From contig JALDZX010000014.1 of assembly GCA_022813865.1 (NCBI GenBank), positions 186,001-250,000 on the forward strand: a DNA stretch of 64,000 nt. The letters are read 5' to 3'. The translations under genes were made by a program, and so were the position numbers. The notes under the pieces are model-generated. The model saw only the letters and a program-made list of their open reading frames with translations. It was not told where the DNA came from and did no database searches. Each line of letters begins with the position of its first letter. Position 1 is the stretch's first letter. Shown one piece after another: positions 61,050-64,000 of the stretch. This DNA is from Xylographa opegraphella (lineage: Eukaryota).

Positions 61050-64000
61050 TAACATTGCATTTATTATTACGATTCTGCTTCTCATTAGTATAGTTCGACT
61101 AGGGATCGGAGTTGAATTCGTCGCTGAATAAATAAAGAAACACAGTAACAGGCTTATCGTTCTTTAAAAAATTATTATTTTCGTATAATATTGTGTTGAA
61201 ATTTACTAATTTAAAATTATAACATAAGTTAAACACGCCTTTTACAATAAAGGAAATTCTTTATTTTATATAAAAGTTCTATTTTAAAATACCTTTCAAG
61301 CCTCTCGAAAAAAGTCAGTAAAATAAAGAAATTATGCCTCCCATACCTTTTAAGAAAACAGAGAAAATATTTAAAATAAAGTTGACTCGATTTTTATTTT
61401 ATACAATATTAATCAGAACCTTATTATTAATTTCCCCCGCCAGATTCTTATTCTAAAAGAATTCTAGCAGCTTTTTTATATTATATCAAAATATGTACTA
61501 TTCAGCGCTTACCGCCGAAAAATTTAATCGCACAGTATTTGTAATAAAAAAAGTTTACGATACATTTTTGCGATCGCTGTATCAAAGAATATTTAATTTG
61601 CGAGGTTTTTTTAATATTGAAGTTTTACGCAAATTATATTGCCGTTAAAGCTCCTTATTCTTTAATTATTATCGAGGCGGATCGTCGTGACTTAAAGAAA
61701 CGAAAAAGTAAAATAAAACAATAATTAATTAAATCAAAAAAAGCCGTTGATCGTATCAAGCGTCGGCTTTTGAATACTAAAAATAAGAAACGGGAGATAT
61801 TTTAACGTAAAATATTTAACATCGAAGCCTTAAAAAATAATAAACATTACGAGGCGAAAGCCCTTACCAACGATTTCTTTTAAGTTTTTTTCGTCTTTCT
61901 TTCCTTTTAAAACTTTGAAGGTTTTTTCTTTAAAATTTTAACTTTATTTAATAATACTGTTAAAAAAGCTCTTTGCAGTTTTCAAGGCTAGTAAATGGTT
62001 TTTTTGTATTATTTGATTTTAAATATCCCTTTTATTTAATTAAATAATTCTGACTTGTTTAAACTTTTCTTTACTTCGAATTACTGTTTTTTTTCTTTAT
62101 TATATTAAAAGGTTACTTATAATAAAGTACTCGCGTCCGCTAATTTGAGTAGAAAAATATCAAATACCGGGTATCTCTTACATTTTTGGCAGGTTGAGGA
62201 GGTAATTAATTAATCCTTTAATTTATTTAATTAGAAATGATTTAATCTTGATATAATCGAGTTTCTTGCTTCGATTTTTACTAACCATTAAATTCTTTGT
62301 AAAAAATATACTATATCCCCCTTCTTTAGCTGAGGTTCATTTTTTTTACCATTATATTATATAATAGCAATTTTGTTGTTGCTTTGCTGAATATTTTTTG
62401 ACAGCGCCATATGTGTATCTTTTAAATCCGTTCCTAATATTATTACCATGTTAGCATTAAATCCTGGCCTTTTTTATTTAAACAATTTTGAATATTGTCC
62501 CGTATTAGCGAAAAAGGGTAGCATTTTTATTATTATAAATTATTTATCGTTTAGTACCAATCACTTCAATAGTAATAATAATATCCAATTATTTTGCTTC
62601 AAATTAATAAAGTGTCGTAAATACAGTTTTAAATTTTAATTCATTCTTTCTGTTTAATTATTTATTTATAAATAACAAACGATTAACATCCTTAACTTGA
62701 TTTTTGATTTAAACATTAAAGTCTTTTAGAAATTTAATATAAATAGTTCATTTCTGTTAAATATTATTCCTACTGAAAACTTATGATCTTTTGTTAATTT
62801 ATTCAATAAAAAGAAAGCCAGCTGTTTCGCTGTAAATAACTTTTTTAAAAAATACGATAATAAAGTATTTAATAAATTTATTTACAAATATTATTATCGA
62901 ATCATATTTCAGTTTTATAATTAAATTTTCTAACTTTAATAATTTGTAATAAAATTAATTAAGATTTATTCCCACGGTTTCTCTGAAATGTTTAAAAATT
63001 AAATATTTTTATATACTGTATATTTTGTTGATTTATTTTTTTAACACAGTACGCATTTCTTTATATACTTTTTATCTTCGGGAATTCATAGTTTTTCTTT
63101 ATAGATTTCATTATTTTGATAACCCCTGAATAACGATTTATTGATTTATTAATATTTAATTATTTCTTCTGCTAACAGTTGTATTAAATCTTTTGCAATC
63201 ACCGTAATCTCGAAAGCTACGATTTATTTTATAGAAATAAAAGCTACATTCTTATTTTTCCGTCGTAATACTTCGTTTATTAATTCTTTGTTTATCAAAT
63301 TTTTTCTTTTGCTAAATATATCTGTTATGTTATATTAATTTTTCTTAATATATATATAATTTTGAACTTGTACTGTTCTAAAAGTTTTATTTATTTTACT
63401 TGTTTTTTATTAAGTACTTTCGTCGTAGTAAAACTTAATAGATTTTTATAGTTTATATAAATAGTAAGCTTTAAGCAATTTTCTGTATATACTCTTTAAT
63501 TTTAAATAAATATTACTATAACGAGTAATTTCTTATTGTAAATATTATACTTCTATTCTGCTTGTAACATTTTTTTGAACAATATAAAATAGGGTATTAT
63601 TTCTTATTTTATGTTTATAATAATATACATTTATAGCTAAATTTAATACGTCTGTTTTTATTCTCGCAAACTTTTCTATTTAAAAGGTTATTAAAACTAA
63701 TGTTTTTATACAGTTTTTTTTTAAAAGATCAAAGGCTCGTTGTTGGTTCGAATCCCATTTAAAGTTTCTATTTTCATATCAAATTCGTCCGAGATATCGC
63801 TTTTTTAAATAATTTTTAATAAAAATTATATTAAAGTTTGCAAACCGTAGGAATCTCAAGACCTTTTTTATTATTATCAATTAAGGCCATTGGAGTAGAG
63901 CTTATATTTTTCTAAATTTATTTTAATTTCGTTTTTATTAATTATAAATTTTAGAAAGGCTACTTCGTTCTTACTAAATTTACATTTTTCTGGTTTAAAA
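61050..64000 (-). mobile_element. RIP-degenerated Ty3/Gypsy (chromovirus-like) LTR retrotransposon, pol region
   Basis: Minus-strand relics FLRFANFNIIFIKNY (from FLGFANFYRRFIKNY), FKWDSNQQRAFDLLK, KTDVLNLAI (from ETDASDxAI, RNase H) and YPVFDIFLL (from HPVFHISLL, post-integrase). A candidate 3' LTR start TGTTAC lies at 61150. Confidence 0.85.

Noticed and set aside
63746..63757. GGTTCGAATCCC, matching a tRNA T-loop/B-box
   Set aside because: No D-arm, anticodon arm or acceptor stem. It is the reverse complement of the WDSNQ codons in the retroelement pol relic.
1..64000. CRISPR arrays, rRNA genes or prokaryotic operons
   Set aside because: No spaced direct repeats or rRNA signatures were seen, and the DNA is intron-containing fungal sequence.

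Overview
Eukaryotic DNA from a filamentous ascomycete (Pezizomycotina): short GT-AG introns, a Zn2Cys6 regulator and RIP-like repeat decay. The species cannot be determined from the sequence. Bases 1-58.3 kb are gene-dense, with housekeeping genes (CDC27/bimA, SND2, CBR1, Sfp-type PPTase, DFG5/DCW1, SNX41, ArgRS, DBP9) interleaved with accessory genes. The main signal is an accessory block at about 21.7-31.5 kb. It holds an apparently intact 303-aa gasdermin-like gene (HET-Q1/RCD-1 type, minus strand, one intron) lying head-to-head, about 120 bp apart, with a large helical-repeat/CHAT caspase-like protease gene. The protease copy is broken: three in-frame stops, two frameshifts and catalytic Cys>Arg. 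Two predicted secreted Cys-containing proteins sit beside the pair. After DBP9, a 60-bp inverted repeat brackets an assembly gap. It is followed by a 9-bp satellite and an AT-rich block of RIP-degenerated Ty3/Gypsy remnants, one of which hides an antisense Zn2Cys6-spaced motif. All family assignments come from motifs recognised by eye, not from database searches. Exon boundaries are manual.
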